Notes: generated by a model not told the origin, from the sequence alone. A DNA stretch of 64,000 nt from a virus (IMGVR_UViG_3300025708_000007:26968-90967); one strand, 5' to 3'; positions 9,213 through 17,894 are shown, counted from the first letter of the stretch. Program-made: numbers and translations.

Positions 9213-10358
9213 TTATCTTCTGCCACCACTTGAACTTCTACCTGCTGAACTGCTGGATGAAGAACTTCCCGAACTTCTACTTGCCCCGGACGAACCAGAA
9301 CTGAAAGAAGAACTGTTTCTGCTTTGATTCGAATAACTACTTGAACTTCTATTGTATGATTGTGGAGTACTTGATGAAGGACGTGAATAGCTGTTCGAAC
9401 TTCTTGAAGTGGATGGTGTCGAATATGACGGTCTGCTACTATTTGTAGAAGGACGAGAATAAATCGGTTTATCCTGATTTGAAGGAGTAGTTGTGCGAGT
9501 TTGCGTTTGGGTACGTGTCTGAGTAGTTGACGATGAACGAGTATATGTGCGATTTGGTGTTGTATTATTATAACTTGGTCTTGTACTCATACGTGGGTTT
9601 TCGTAAGAAGGAGTATATGTTCTTCTACTTTCACTATATGTTGGCTTATTCTGCGGATTAGTGGCAACAGTACGTCTTTCTTGTGTTGCTGTAACAGTAC
9701 GTGTTTGTGTCTGATTTTGAGCAACACTGATTCTTCTTGTTGGTTGACTAAGCGTCATTGTTGAAGGGCGTTCTCTACGACCATATTCAATATTGTTATA
9801 ATACGGCTTTGATTGATTCCAACTATAATAATTGTAATTAATTGTTTGATATCTTGGTGTATACCAATACCTATATGGTTGATGCCAATACCAGTGTGAA
9901 TAATATGGATACCCCCAACTATAATATGGATAATACCAATCATAATAGAATGGGTCATACCATCCATAATTCCAACTCCAATACCATGAATCATAATAAA
10001 ATGGTGAGTAATGATAACTATACCAAAAGCTAAAACTTCCGTGATGATACCTATTAATTAAATTTGCATAGTAATAATCATCGCTGTAATAATAATTGTT
10101 AACGATGGTTTTTTGTTGTTCCTTTTTAATTTCTCTTTTTTCTTGTCTTAAAAATTTTTGTTGCTGTTTGATAGTATCTAATTTAGCGTTATAATAGAGG
10201 TCATCAAACTCTGGTTTTTCTGCAACCTTCAATGTGTCACCAAATTTTGCAGCTTCTTTAGCTTCCCAATACTTCTCGTAATCGGATTTTTCTCTAACTT
10301 GTGCAATTAATGCACCAGTTAAAAGTAATGCAATTATTGTTAAGATTAATCTTTTCAT
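9213..10358 (-). CDS. Secreted Bacteroidota-type protein with Tyr/Trp-rich core and Ser/Arg-rich tail
   Basis: Signal peptide MKRLILTIIALLLTGALIAQ; low-complexity C terminus. Confidence 0.65.
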   Translation of the reverse strand: MKRLILTIIALLLTGALIAQVREKSDYEKYWEAKEAAKFGDTLKVAEKPEFDDLYYNAKLDTIKQQQKFLRQEKREIKKEQQKTIVNNYYYSDDYYYANLINRYHHGSFSFWYSYHYSPFYYDSWYWSWNYGWYDPFYYDWYYPYYSWGYPYYSHWYWHQPYRYWYTPRYQTINYNYYSWNQSKPYYNNIEYGRRERPSTMTLSQPTRRISVAQNQTQTRTVTATQERRTVATNPQNKPTYSESRRTYTPSYENPRMSTRPSYNNTTPNRTYTRSSSTTQTRTQTQTRTTTPSNQDKPIYSRPSTNSSRPSYSTPSTSRSSNSYSRPSSSTPQSYNRSSSSYSNQSRNSSSFSSGSSGASRSSGSSSSSSSAGRSSSGGRR

Positions 10359-10440
10359 ATCTTGTGTGTTTAAATAAATAAAACAATTTTCGTGCCGGAA
10401 TTATTAATATCTTTATGGTATTTATTATAAATATTTGATT

Positions 10441-11154
10441 ATGAAAAATCGGGGTGGTAGACAAAGACTTTTTGAAGTTCTGGCAAAAGTAGACCCAACT
10501 TTCAAACCCAAAGCAGGTACTGGTGCAAAGCTATATGTAAAGCCATCGGATGTGCCGTTACAAATCATTGATTGGGCAAAATCAATTGTTGGCGGTGGCT
10601 TTCAAAACAATATAACAATACAAAAATCAACAGGTGCTGTAAAACTTGGTATGCCTTGGCATGATGCTGATAGAGAAACACACCAATATTTTAAATTAAT
10701 GGATAATGGTGCTGCTGAAATGGGAAATCCAGTATCAAGGTCAGGCTGGTCAGAAGTAAATATGGGTGATAGTTATGGTGAAGTTCCAATACCGTCAGGT
10801 TATGTTTTAGCAACAGTTGGTACATATCCAAAAAGGCTTAGAATAGTAACAAACCCGGATGCGATGGATGTGCTTTCAAATAATGATGAAGCATTAAACA
10901 AACTTTCTGATGAAGCATTGGTTGCGTTACACCAAGCAAAATCATATAAATCGTTTGCCAGACAAAAATTTAATAATAGTGTTTATGAGGAATTATTATC
11001 ATCTGGATTAATGAACAAACAAAGAGCAATAACAATTGATGGAAGAAATTTCATTAGTTCTCCAGAAGCCATTAAAAAATTAAAAAACATTAAAGAAAAA
11101 GATGAAAAGGAAAATGGCAGATGGAGTGCGAAATATTATATGCCAAGTATTTAA
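10441..11154 (+). CDS. Hypothetical protein with RLFEV leader
   Basis: RQRLFEVLAKVDPTFKPK. Confidence 0.7.
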   Translation: MKNRGGRQRLFEVLAKVDPTFKPKAGTGAKLYVKPSDVPLQIIDWAKSIVGGGFQNNITIQKSTGAVKLGMPWHDADRETHQYFKLMDNGAAEMGNPVSRSGWSEVNMGDSYGEVPIPSGYVLATVGTYPKRLRIVTNPDAMDVLSNNDEALNKLSDEALVALHQAKSYKSFARQKFNNSVYEELLSSGLMNKQRAITIDGRNFISSPEAIKKLKNIKEKDEKENGRWSAKYYMPSI

Positions 11155-11169
11155 TATAAAATAAATGTT

Positions 11170-12093
11170 ATGAAAAAAGATAGCAAACAAAGACTTTTCG
11201 AAGTTATGAGCAGACTTGATAAAACATTCAAGCCAAAATTGAATGAAATTTTTGGGGAAGAACCAGAAGAATTCGTCCCACACGGCACATATACTGTTTC
11301 GAATGCAGGTGGTTATGAAATTATGTTAAACGATGCGGGTGATGCTGCCAAAGTACGTGATGCGTTTGGCTCAGACAACCCAAAAACTTCAGATTGGTTA
11401 GAAATAGAATACACGCCTGATAATGAAACTGGCGAAAGTGAACCAGTTATTGACCCAAATGGTTATAACATTCCTTTAAATCAGGTTATGAGATTACAAG
11501 AAGAAGCAAATGTTAATGAAGAACAAACCAGACCATTATATGATATTGCTCAAGAAATCTATCAGGACTGGAGACCAGTTCATCCATATGCAAAACCATA
11601 TCTTGAAGCAATGTCAACATTGAATTCAATAGATGATAACTATATGATGGATTCAGGTAGAAGTATTGTTTCATATTTTCTTTCAAATGCAAGTCAATGG
11701 AAAGGTGAAACAGCAAAACGCATTAAAATTGAATTGAAAAAAATGTTAGGAATGCGAGAAGGTAGTAGATTAAATGAAACTGGTGAATGGGCAGGTGATG
11801 AAGATGATATAGCATGGATAGATGCTCTCAAATCTGAAGTACAAAAAATCGAATCAGAAACTGATGGAAAATTAAAATTGGTCGAAGTCAGGGGTTTCGA
11901 TAAATATCAAGGACCTTACGCCATTGTTGATATTGAAGGAAGAAAATACAAAATCTGGACAGTTGGTGGTGAATATGATAGCGATTTACTTTGGATTGAA
12001 AATTATCCCATTGACAATACTTCAAGTGAGGATATGAATGCTGGTTTTATGGGTACAACAAAAACAATTATTAATATGTTGAAACAGAACTGA
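11170..12093 (+). CDS. Hypothetical multi-segment protein with RLFEVM leader
   Basis: KQRLFEVMSRLDKTFKPKLNE; internal VNEE and LNE junctions. Confidence 0.7.
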   Translation: MKKDSKQRLFEVMSRLDKTFKPKLNEIFGEEPEEFVPHGTYTVSNAGGYEIMLNDAGDAAKVRDAFGSDNPKTSDWLEIEYTPDNETGESEPVIDPNGYNIPLNQVMRLQEEANVNEEQTRPLYDIAQEIYQDWRPVHPYAKPYLEAMSTLNSIDDNYMMDSGRSIVSYFLSNASQWKGETAKRIKIELKKMLGMREGSRLNETGEWAGDEDDIAWIDALKSEVQKIESETDGKLKLVEVRGFDKYQGPYAIVDIEGRKYKIWTVGGEYDSDLLWIENYPIDNTSSEDMNAGFMGTTKTIINMLKQN

Positions 12094-12137
12094 TTGCAAA
12101 ACTTGAAAAATTATTTTTAAAAATAATTGAAAAAAAG

Positions 12138-12168
12138 TTTGTTTATTTTGAAACATTTTTTATCTTTG
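12138..12168 (+). promoter_or_regulatory. Bacteroidota-type promoter of tRNA operon B
   Basis: TTTG, 19 nt, TATCTTTG. Confidence 0.8.
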
Positions 12169-12233
12169 TATCGTATAATTGCAAAACAAATAGTATTTAA
12201 ATAAAAAGTATTAACAATTAAAATTCAAAACGA

Positions 12234-12329
12234 ATGAAAAGAATGCTCGACATATCAGTAATGGCAGTAGCCTTGAACGCAGTCCTATTATGGGATGCAG
12301 TAGAGGATGCGCTATGCAAAGTCGGGTAA
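12234..12329 (+). CDS. Leader peptide B, MKRMLDISVMAVALNAVLLWDAVEDALCKVG (putative attenuator)
   Basis: 20 of 31 residues are L/V/A/D/E/W, matching the downstream tRNAs. Confidence 0.8.
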   Translation: MKRMLDISVMAVALNAVLLWDAVEDALCKVG

Positions 12330-12361
12330 TTTGTATTCATATACAACCTCCTTTCTAAATG

Positions 12362-12398
12362 AAAAGACCCGACTTCCCTACAAGCCGGGTTTTTTTTT
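12362..12398 (+). terminator. Attenuator terminator B
   Basis: ACCCGACTT / AAGCCGGGT plus T run; 5' arm perfectly complementary to AAGTCGGGT (12319-27). Confidence 0.85.
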
Positions 12399-12408
12399 GA
12401 AAGGAGAA

Positions 12409-12426
12409 GTTCTTTGACATGCTGGA
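12409..12426 (+). promoter_or_regulatory. boxA-like antitermination element
   Basis: GTTCTTTGACATGCTGGA, identical at 34045-34062. Confidence 0.6.
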
Positions 12427-12431
12427 AATTT

Positions 12432-12507
12432 GGTGCTGGGGTCTGCTTGGCGTGGACGCATGACTGTCACTCATGATATCAGGAGAGTTCGAATCTCTTC
12501 AGCACCG
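12432..12507 (+). tRNA. tRNA-Asp(GTC)
   Basis: CATGA CT GTC AC TCATG; G73. Confidence 0.9.
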
Positions 12508-12511
12508 CATA

Positions 12512-12629
12512 CGGTCTTATAAATAATTACCCTGAGTAAATCGGGTAGCCGATGTACACGGTTTGGAACGATTCGGAAAGCAAGCATGCATTGCTCGATG
12601 AGGGGGGGTTCGAATCCCTGTAAGACCGC
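12512..12629 (+). ncRNA. tRNA-like RNA: acceptor stem and T arm with a non-tRNA interior
   Basis: CGGTCTTA / TAAGACCG; GGG TTCGAAT CCC. Confidence 0.55.
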
Positions 12630-12634
12630 AATTT

Positions 12635-12706
12635 CGAGGTCGTAGTTTAATGGTTAGAATGCCACCCTGTCACGATGGAGAAGGGGTTCGAATCCCACGG
12701 CTTCGG
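12635..12706 (+). tRNA. tRNA-Asp(GTC), weak T stem
   Basis: CCACC CT GTC AC GATGG. Confidence 0.7.
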
Positions 12707-12759
12707 CAAATTTTACTGTTAAAGCAGTAAAAAGTGCCATATATGATACTAAAGATAGT

Positions 12760-12853
12760 GATGACCGATGTAAAAAACTGCACGAGAAACAGACACGAGT
12801 GGGTTAAGAGTTGTTTTAATACCCGCAACGGTTGCCAGTACCCAAGGTCATCC
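12760..12853 (+). ncRNA. Unassigned 94-nt structured RNA, copy 2
   Basis: 87 of 94 nt identical to 7790-7883. Confidence 0.75.
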
Positions 12854-12857
12854 AGAT

Positions 12858-12931
12858 GCTGCGTTCGGCAAGATGGTTAAGCCGTAAGACCTTCAATCTT
12901 ACATGCATGGGTTCGAGTCCCATACGCAGTA
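12858..12931 (+). tRNA. tRNA-Glu(TTC) with non-canonical C33
   Basis: TAAGA CC TTC AA TCTTA. Confidence 0.7.
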
Positions 12932-13046
12932 CAAGTGAAATCGAAATGTCGTAAGATAGTAGTAGTTAAGTCTACCGATTTTTGTGGTTTTGAGCACGAG
13001 ACGCTCATGTAATAGGGCATACACTCCCTTTCCACCACTTACTTAT

Positions 13047-13118
13047 GCTCGATTCTTCTAACGGTAAGGAAAACTGACTCTCAATCAGTTAATGGCAGTT
13101 CAATTCTGCCATCGAGTA
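13047..13118 (+). tRNA. tRNA-Glu(CTC)
   Basis: ACTGA CT CTC AA TCAGT. Confidence 0.85.
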
Positions 13119-13123
13119 CAATT

Positions 13124-13198
13124 GGTCGGCTCGTCTAATTGGTTAGGACATCACCCTTTCACGGTGAAGATTTACGGGTTCGAGTCCCATACGCAATA
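13124..13198 (+). pseudogene. Chimeric tRNA-Glu(TTC) with unpaired acceptor stem
   Basis: 5' GGTCGGC cannot pair with 3' ACGCAAT; 3' end copies that of the 12858 tRNA. Confidence 0.65.
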
Positions 13199-13199
13199 C

Positions 13200-13292
13200 A
13201 ATGTTGAGGTGGTATTACACAGAGAAAAGAAAGTCTCTGCAGAGAACCTAAAAAATAATGGCTGCATGCGGGTGAAAATCCCGTCAACGTTA
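13200..13292 (+). ncRNA. tRNA-like RNA with TGAAAAT T-loop variant
   Basis: AATGTTG / CAACGTT stem; GCGGG TGAAAAT CCCGT. Confidence 0.5.
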
Positions 13293-13295
13293 AAT

Positions 13296-13367
13296 GTCCG
13301 GTTCGTCTAACGGTTAGGACACCACCCTTTCACGGTGAAAATACGAGTTCGATTCACGTACCGGATA
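13296..13367 (+). tRNA. tRNA-Glu(TTC)
   Basis: CACC CT TTC AC GGTG. Confidence 0.85.
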
Positions 13368-13407
13368 CTATAAATCGGCACTAAATTCAATTTGCTGCCG
13401 AAAATTT

Positions 13408-13481
13408 GCTTCCTTAACTCAGTCCGGGAGAGTGTCTGTTTTACATACAGAAAGTCGCAGGTTCAAACCCTGCAGGAAGCA
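13408..13481 (+). tRNA. tRNA-Val(TAC)
   Basis: TCTGT TT TAC AT ACAGA. Confidence 0.9.
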
Positions 13482-13485
13482 CAAA

Positions 13486-13670
13486 ATGCCAAAGACTTGG
13501 GATAACATTCTCTTAAAGGGAAACCGGAGTAGTGATAGCTTAAACGAAGGGGTTTCATAGTCAATGGTAACAGCGAAAAGATAGCCACTCAGTAACTGTT
13601 GGGTGAGTAATGTAAGGGTTAAGCATGCCGGAGCGAAAGCCGGAAGATAAGGTTCGAATCCCCCACCCCA
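13486..13670 (+). ncRNA. Unassigned ~185-nt structured RNA ending in a T-loop motif
   Basis: CACTCA/TGGGTG and CCGG-GC-GAAA-GC-CGG hairpins; GGTTCGAATCC near the 3' end. Confidence 0.45.
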
Positions 13671-13674
13671 AAAT

Positions 13675-13752
13675 GCACTCTTAGCTCAGTTGGTTCAGAG
13701 CGTGTGCCTTACAAGCACAGGGTCGGGGGTTCGAATCCCTCAGAGTGCACCA
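13675..13752 (+). tRNA. tRNA-Val(TAC), CCA encoded
   Basis: TGTGC CT TAC AA GCACA. Confidence 0.92.
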
Positions 13753-13828
13753 AAATGAAAAATATGCTCAAAAACAAAAAAATATTATACTTTTGAGCAT
13801 ATGTTAGTATTTATTGTAAATTATTATC

Positions 13829-14326
13829 ATGGAAAGCTGTATTTTTTGTGGACATAGCAATATCGTTAGGGCAGGTAAAAATAAAAGGGGTAGTCAAAGA
13901 TATATTTGCAGAAAATGTGGTAAATATTTTAACGAAAATACTGACCCAAACATTGGAGTTATATTAAATGGTAAAAAATATTGTTCTAAGTGTAAAACAT
14001 TTAAGTTAGTATCGGAATTTCAATCAACAAATGGTAGATTACGTTATTGTTGTAAAAAATGTGCATCAAAATCAAGTAAAGCAAGATTCAGAAATCATAA
14101 TATAACTGAATTTGAATTCGTTAATTTAATCGATAGTCAAAAAAATATGTGTCCAATATGTGGGGATAAATTTAAATCATATAAACATGCAATTATTGAC
14201 CATAATCATAAAAATGGTAAAAATAGAGAATTATTATGTTCTAAATGTAATACGTTGTTAGGTATGTGTAATGATAATATTGATATTCTCAATAGTGCAA
14301 TCAATTATTTATTAAAACACAATTAA
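13829..14326 (+). CDS. Endonuclease VII-type HNH endonuclease with N-terminal Zn ribbons
   Basis: CPICG...IIDHNH.NGKNRELLCSKCNTLLG. Confidence 0.85.
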   Translation: MESCIFCGHSNIVRAGKNKRGSQRYICRKCGKYFNENTDPNIGVILNGKKYCSKCKTFKLVSEFQSTNGRLRYCCKKCASKSSKARFRNHNITEFEFVNLIDSQKNMCPICGDKFKSYKHAIIDHNHKNGKNRELLCSKCNTLLGMCNDNIDILNSAINYLLKHN

Positions 14327-14383
14327 TTTATCGGTATATTTGCCTATAAAGATATATTATCGGCTCTACAACCGATAAAATTT

Positions 14384-14466
14384 CCTCAAGTGTTGTAATT
14401 GGGTAGCCAAGCCAGACTAAGAATCTGGTGTCGAAAGATGTGTGGGTTCGAGTCCCACCTTGAGGA
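14384..14466 (+). tRNA. tRNA-Leu(AAG), rare A34 anticodon
   Basis: CCAGA CT AAG AA TCTGG; long variable arm. Confidence 0.85.
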
Positions 14467-14472
14467 CAAAAT

Positions 14473-14559
14473 GCGGATGTGATGGAATGGTAGACATGAT
14501 ACGCTTAGAACGTATTGCGAAGTAATAGTAGCGTGGGGGTTCGAGTCCCTTCATCCGTA
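14473..14559 (+). tRNA. tRNA-Leu(TAG)
   Basis: ATACG CT TAG AA CGTAT; long variable arm. Confidence 0.9.
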
Positions 14560-14565
14560 CTAAAT

Positions 14566-14640
14566 GCTGGTGTAGCCGAATGGTAAAGAGGCAACTGTTT
14601 TAGAAACAGAAATTTGTGGGTTCGACTCCCACCACCAGTA
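14566..14640 (+). tRNA. tRNA-Leu(TAG) with short variable loop
   Basis: CTGT TT TAG AA ACAG; no long arm. Confidence 0.75.
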
Positions 14641-14644
14641 CAAA

Positions 14645-14868
14645 GATGTTAATAAATAGAGTTGAGGGGCAGTAAGAGTGGTAATGAAAAGTCCTGAGAA
14701 CCACCACCAGTTTGTTAACATTGAGAGAGGCGCATGACAGATTCGAGCAGGGATGACTGCGTAGCCTGTACCAAGTGTTCTTAAAAGTGAAGGAGTAATA
14801 CCTTCAGGCGCATTATTTCGAACTGCAAAGGGGTAATGGTCGAATTACTAATAAGGTACTACTCTCAT
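14645..14868 (+). ncRNA. Unassigned structured intergenic RNA(s)
   Basis: ATGTTAATAAA/TTTGTTAACAT domain then TGAGAG/CTCTCA domain; non-coding, inside the tRNA array. Confidence 0.4.
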
Positions 14869-14870
14869 TT

Positions 14871-14944
14871 GGGGTCGTAGCTCAATTGGCAAGAGCACCT
14901 GCCTTGCACGCAGGGGGTTGAGGGTTCGAGTCCCTTCGACTCCA
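14871..14944 (+). tRNA. tRNA-Ala(TGC)
   Basis: CCTGC CT TGC AC GCAGG; G3:U70. Confidence 0.92.
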
Positions 14945-14947
14945 CAA

Positions 14948-15027
14948 AATGAAATACAGAAAGTCTGGGTCAAACCCCAGAGAGACGTAAAATGTCGAGA
15001 AGTGTGACGGCACGTCTGTATTTCATT
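14948..15027 (+). ncRNA. 80-nt cloverleaf-topology RNA with 13-bp closing stem
   Basis: AATGAAATACAGA / TCTGTATTTCATT enclosing three short hairpins. Confidence 0.55.
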
Positions 15028-15031
15028 CTTT

Positions 15032-15103
15032 GGGGCAGTAACTCAACGGCTGAGTGCTTGACTTGCAATCAAGTGTATGCGGGTTCGAATCCCGTCTGCT
15101 CCA
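15032..15103 (+). tRNA. tRNA-Ala(TGC)
   Basis: CTTGA CT TGC AA TCAAG; G3:U70. Confidence 0.9.
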
Positions 15104-15183
15104 CAAAATTGGTTGGAATTATTCCGTCAATTCTGTAATAAGAGCGTCAACAGCTACGGCATTAACTCTTTCCAATTTTAACA

Positions 15184-15266
15184 TGACCCCTTGAATTATG
15201 CAAAATAGGCACAGCAGACAGGCTTAAACCCTGATTCTTTGTGGGTTCGAGTCCCACAGGGGTTAC
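15184..15266 (+). tRNA. Atypical tRNA-Leu(TAA): possible 8-bp acceptor, enlarged D region, short variable loop
   Basis: CAGG CT TAA AC CCTG; TGACCCCT / AGGGGTTA. Confidence 0.6.
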
Positions 15267-15274
15267 AAATTTAC

Positions 15275-15348
15275 GGCACAGTAGTCCAACTGGCAGAGAT
15301 ACCCGCCTCAAAAGCGGTTCAGTGTGGGTTCGAATCCCACCTGTGCTA
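15275..15348 (+). tRNA. tRNA-Leu(CAA) with short variable loop
   Basis: CCGC CT CAA AA GCGG. Confidence 0.8.
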
Positions 15349-15399
15349 CAAGCACGCACACAATGAATCGAAAATAAATTTTCGAAGTATTTATGATAT

Positions 15400-16068
15400 A
15401 TGATACCACTATATACACAAACGGAATTTGATTTAGCAAAAGATAATGATAAATTACCTTGTAAATGTGTTGAATGTGGTAAAATTTTTTATAAACTGAA
15501 AAGGGTGATAAAAAGAACATTCATTGGCTACGATAGAAACATTGGTGATTATTGTTCAAGAAGATGTGCTCGATTATCAAAAAAATCGAGTGCAGATGTT
15601 GTTTGCAGTAATTGTGGAAAATCTTTCAATAAAGTAAAAAGTCAAATTAAAAGAAGCAAAAATCATTTTTGTTCTAAATCATGTTCTGCAATTTATAATA
15701 ACGTCCATAAAAAACATGGAACACGAAAATCCAAACTTGAAAAATGGTTGGAATATAATCTCACCAAAATATACCCAGACTTAAATTTTCATTTTAATTG
15801 CAAAGACACCATTAATTCAGAACTTGATATTTATATTCCATCATTAAAATTAGCTTTTGAATTAAATGGAATATACCATTACGAACCAATATATGGTGAG
15901 GATAAACTTCAACAAATTCAAAGCAATGATAATCGTAAATTTCAAGCCTGTTTGGAAAAAGGTATCGAACTATGTATTATTGATACTTCACAACAAAAAT
16001 ATTTTAAAGAACAAACATCACAAAAATATTTAAAAATCGTACAAGAAATAATAAACACACATCGGTAG
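15400..16068 (+). CDS. Zn-finger repeat plus PD-(D/E)XK (Vsr/DUF559-like) endonuclease
   Basis: CxxC...YCSxxC repeats; ELDIYIPSLKLAFELNG..HY; stop codon inside tRNA-Trp. Confidence 0.8.
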   Translation: MIPLYTQTEFDLAKDNDKLPCKCVECGKIFYKLKRVIKRTFIGYDRNIGDYCSRRCARLSKKSSADVVCSNCGKSFNKVKSQIKRSKNHFCSKSCSAIYNNVHKKHGTRKSKLEKWLEYNLTKIYPDLNFHFNCKDTINSELDIYIPSLKLAFELNGIYHYEPIYGEDKLQQIQSNDNRKFQACLEKGIELCIIDTSQQKYFKEQTSQKYLKIVQEIINTHR

Positions 16069-16130
16069 TTCAGTGGTAGAACGTTGGTCTCCAAAACCAA
16101 ATGTCGGGTGTTCGAATCGCCCCCGGTGTG
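16059..16130 (+). tRNA. tRNA-Trp(CCA)
   Basis: TTGGT CT CCA AA ACCAA. Confidence 0.9.
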
Positions 16131-16136
16131 CTAAAT

Positions 16137-16211
16137 GTGTCTGTCGTCTAATGGCTAAGATATTGGCTTCCAAACCCAAGGATGAAGGTTCGAGTCCTTC
16201 CAGACATGCCA
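16137..16211 (+). tRNA. tRNA-Trp(CCA), CCA end encoded
   Basis: TTGGC TT CCA AA CCCAA; G73. Confidence 0.8.
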
Positions 16212-16244
16212 AAACACGGAATAAAACCGTGCCAATTTTCGTAA

Positions 16245-16369
16245 TGAAACGGTGAAAAAATCGCAGGTGCGAGGCACAATCACCGTTGGAGTCCAAATCC
16301 GACACAGATACCACTGAGGGCAGAAGTGTACCCAAGAGCAATATCAGTTAGTGGTTCGTCACCGTTTCA
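16245..16369 (+). ncRNA. Unassigned ~125-nt RNA
   Basis: Perfect 11-bp TGAAACGGTGA / TCACCGTTTCA closure; alternative internal TCACCGTT. Confidence 0.45.
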
Positions 16370-16686
16370 GAAAGTTTCAGTATTTTGTAACATTTTCAAA
16401 TTTATTTCGTATAATCATTAAAAAGAAAGGAGCATGCCTTCAAAATAACATTTAAATATCGCAAGACTTGGTGGTGGAGATTTGTACATTACAATTATTT
16501 TCACAAGCAATTGTTCAGAAAATATTATGTGCAAAGAAAAAGAGCACTTACCGAAAAGGAAATCAAGAAGTATAAACGATATCAGAAAATCGATGACTTG
16601 ATAACTTTAAGAAAAGTAGATTGGTTGCGAGAATTTATATGGCGATTAGAACCATAATTTTGTATTTATTGATAAAAGTGAAAATT

Positions 16687-17118
16687 ATGAAAAAAATATT
16701 GTTTCTTTTAACTCTGGTGATTATTGCAATGTTTTTGATGTCACAGACACAAACAACAAGGCAGAAAGAAGTTTATTATCAGGATAAATTTGCTGAAATC
16801 ATCAAAGGCAGCACAAGCGTTACATTATGGGATAAAACTGAAGTCGATATTCTTACCGACACATTTGCAATCGAAGTTGATTTTTCTGAGAAATGGGCAG
16901 AAAGCATAGGTCAGTCATTATATTATGCTGAAATGACAAATCGTAAAGCAGGTGTTTTACTTGTTGTAAATAGTAATCTCGATGAAAGATTTATCAGAAG
17001 ACTAATGACCGTTGCTATGAGAAAAGACATTACTGTTTGGTTAATGGACTATACCACAGAAAAATGGTGCAAAGTTGATAGATTTGTTGAATATTCTTAT
17101 TCATACGAATTTAAATAA
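16687..17118 (+). CDS. Signal-peptide protein with PD-(D/E)XK-like motif
   Basis: DILTDTFAIEVDFSEKWAESIGQSLYY. Confidence 0.6.
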   Translation: MKKILFLLTLVIIAMFLMSQTQTTRQKEVYYQDKFAEIIKGSTSVTLWDKTEVDILTDTFAIEVDFSEKWAESIGQSLYYAEMTNRKAGVLLVVNSNLDERFIRRLMTVAMRKDITVWLMDYTTEKWCKVDRFVEYSYSYEFK

Positions 17119-17159
17119 CACTTGTTTGTTTCAGAAAAAAGAATTAAATTTGTCACCCT

Positions 17160-17894
17160 ATGTATATCATTGCAAAGAAAAAGGACTATTATGATGGCGT
17201 TGCTGGAAGTACTGGCATTGACAAAACCATTGTTTATGACCGTCAAATAGTTGAACTTGAAAGGGACGAAATACCCACTGAGTTCAGGAAAAGGGGTTAT
17301 TATACTAAAGAAAACAACCCATTATATCTTTTAAGCAATGCCAGCATAAAAAAAGAATATCAGGAAACATATCCAAAAGGTGCATATTTCATTATTGGAT
17401 TTTGTGGTAAACTTTATCTGGGGTGGAAATTCTATAGTTTCAAAAAGAATTGTGAGTATAATGATTATGAAAACATTAATACTTTAATAACATACGATTT
17501 GGACTATATTAAAGAAATCCTTGAAGAAAAAACTTGGTATGGTGTCACTGCTGACCAAATCGAAAGTGTATTAAATTTTAATGCAACGGATTGGTTCAGA
17601 AAATTTAATGCTCCTTGTTTTGTTTACGATTATGATTATGGCAGAACACACCTTGATGAAAAATATTGGAGAAGTGATAATGTTTCAAAATTTATAATCA
17701 ATCCTCTTTTAAAAGACTACGAATTTTATAAAGTATTTGATTCATTTCAAGCATTTCAGGAAGTTTCGATGTTCATAGGCGGTGTACTTGGCAAGGAAGA
17801 AAAAGATATTGTAGAAGTTGCGGATAAATATAAAATTGCGCAACATGGTTTTGATAAATGGAGTTTCAGAAAAATGCCAAAAAATGAAAAATAG
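17160..17894 (+). CDS. Hypothetical phage protein
   Basis: 244-aa ORF, KDYYD...HGFDKWSFRK. Confidence 0.7.
   Translation: MYIIAKKKDYYDGVAGSTGIDKTIVYDRQIVELERDEIPTEFRKRGYYTKENNPLYLLSNASIKKEYQETYPKGAYFIIGFCGKLYLGWKFYSFKKNCEYNDYENINTLITYDLDYIKEILEEKTWYGVTADQIESVLNFNATDWFRKFNAPCFVYDYDYGRTHLDEKYWRSDNVSKFIINPLLKDYEFYKVFDSFQAFQEVSMFIGGVLGKEEKDIVEVADKYKIAQHGFDKWSFRKMPKNEK

Noticed and set aside
9213-9800. Repetitive-looking DNA in the Ser/Arg/Thr-rich ORF tail
   Set aside because: Explained by low-complexity protein sequence; no discrete DNA repeat unit.
13486-13550. Second RNase P RNA, from similarity GCCAAA-GACTT...AGGGAAA...AGTGATAG to 42686-42723
   Set aside because: No P4 strands or other conserved regions; similarity limited to short words.
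14331-14379. Hairpin ATCGG CTCTACAA CCGAT resembling an anticodon arm
   Set aside because: No acceptor, D or T arm; at most a tRNA remnant next to the endonuclease insertion.
16428-16601. AAGGAG-ATG CCT TCA AAA TAA minigene as a read-through candidate
   Set aside because: The stop is TAA and read-through gives no recognisable protein.
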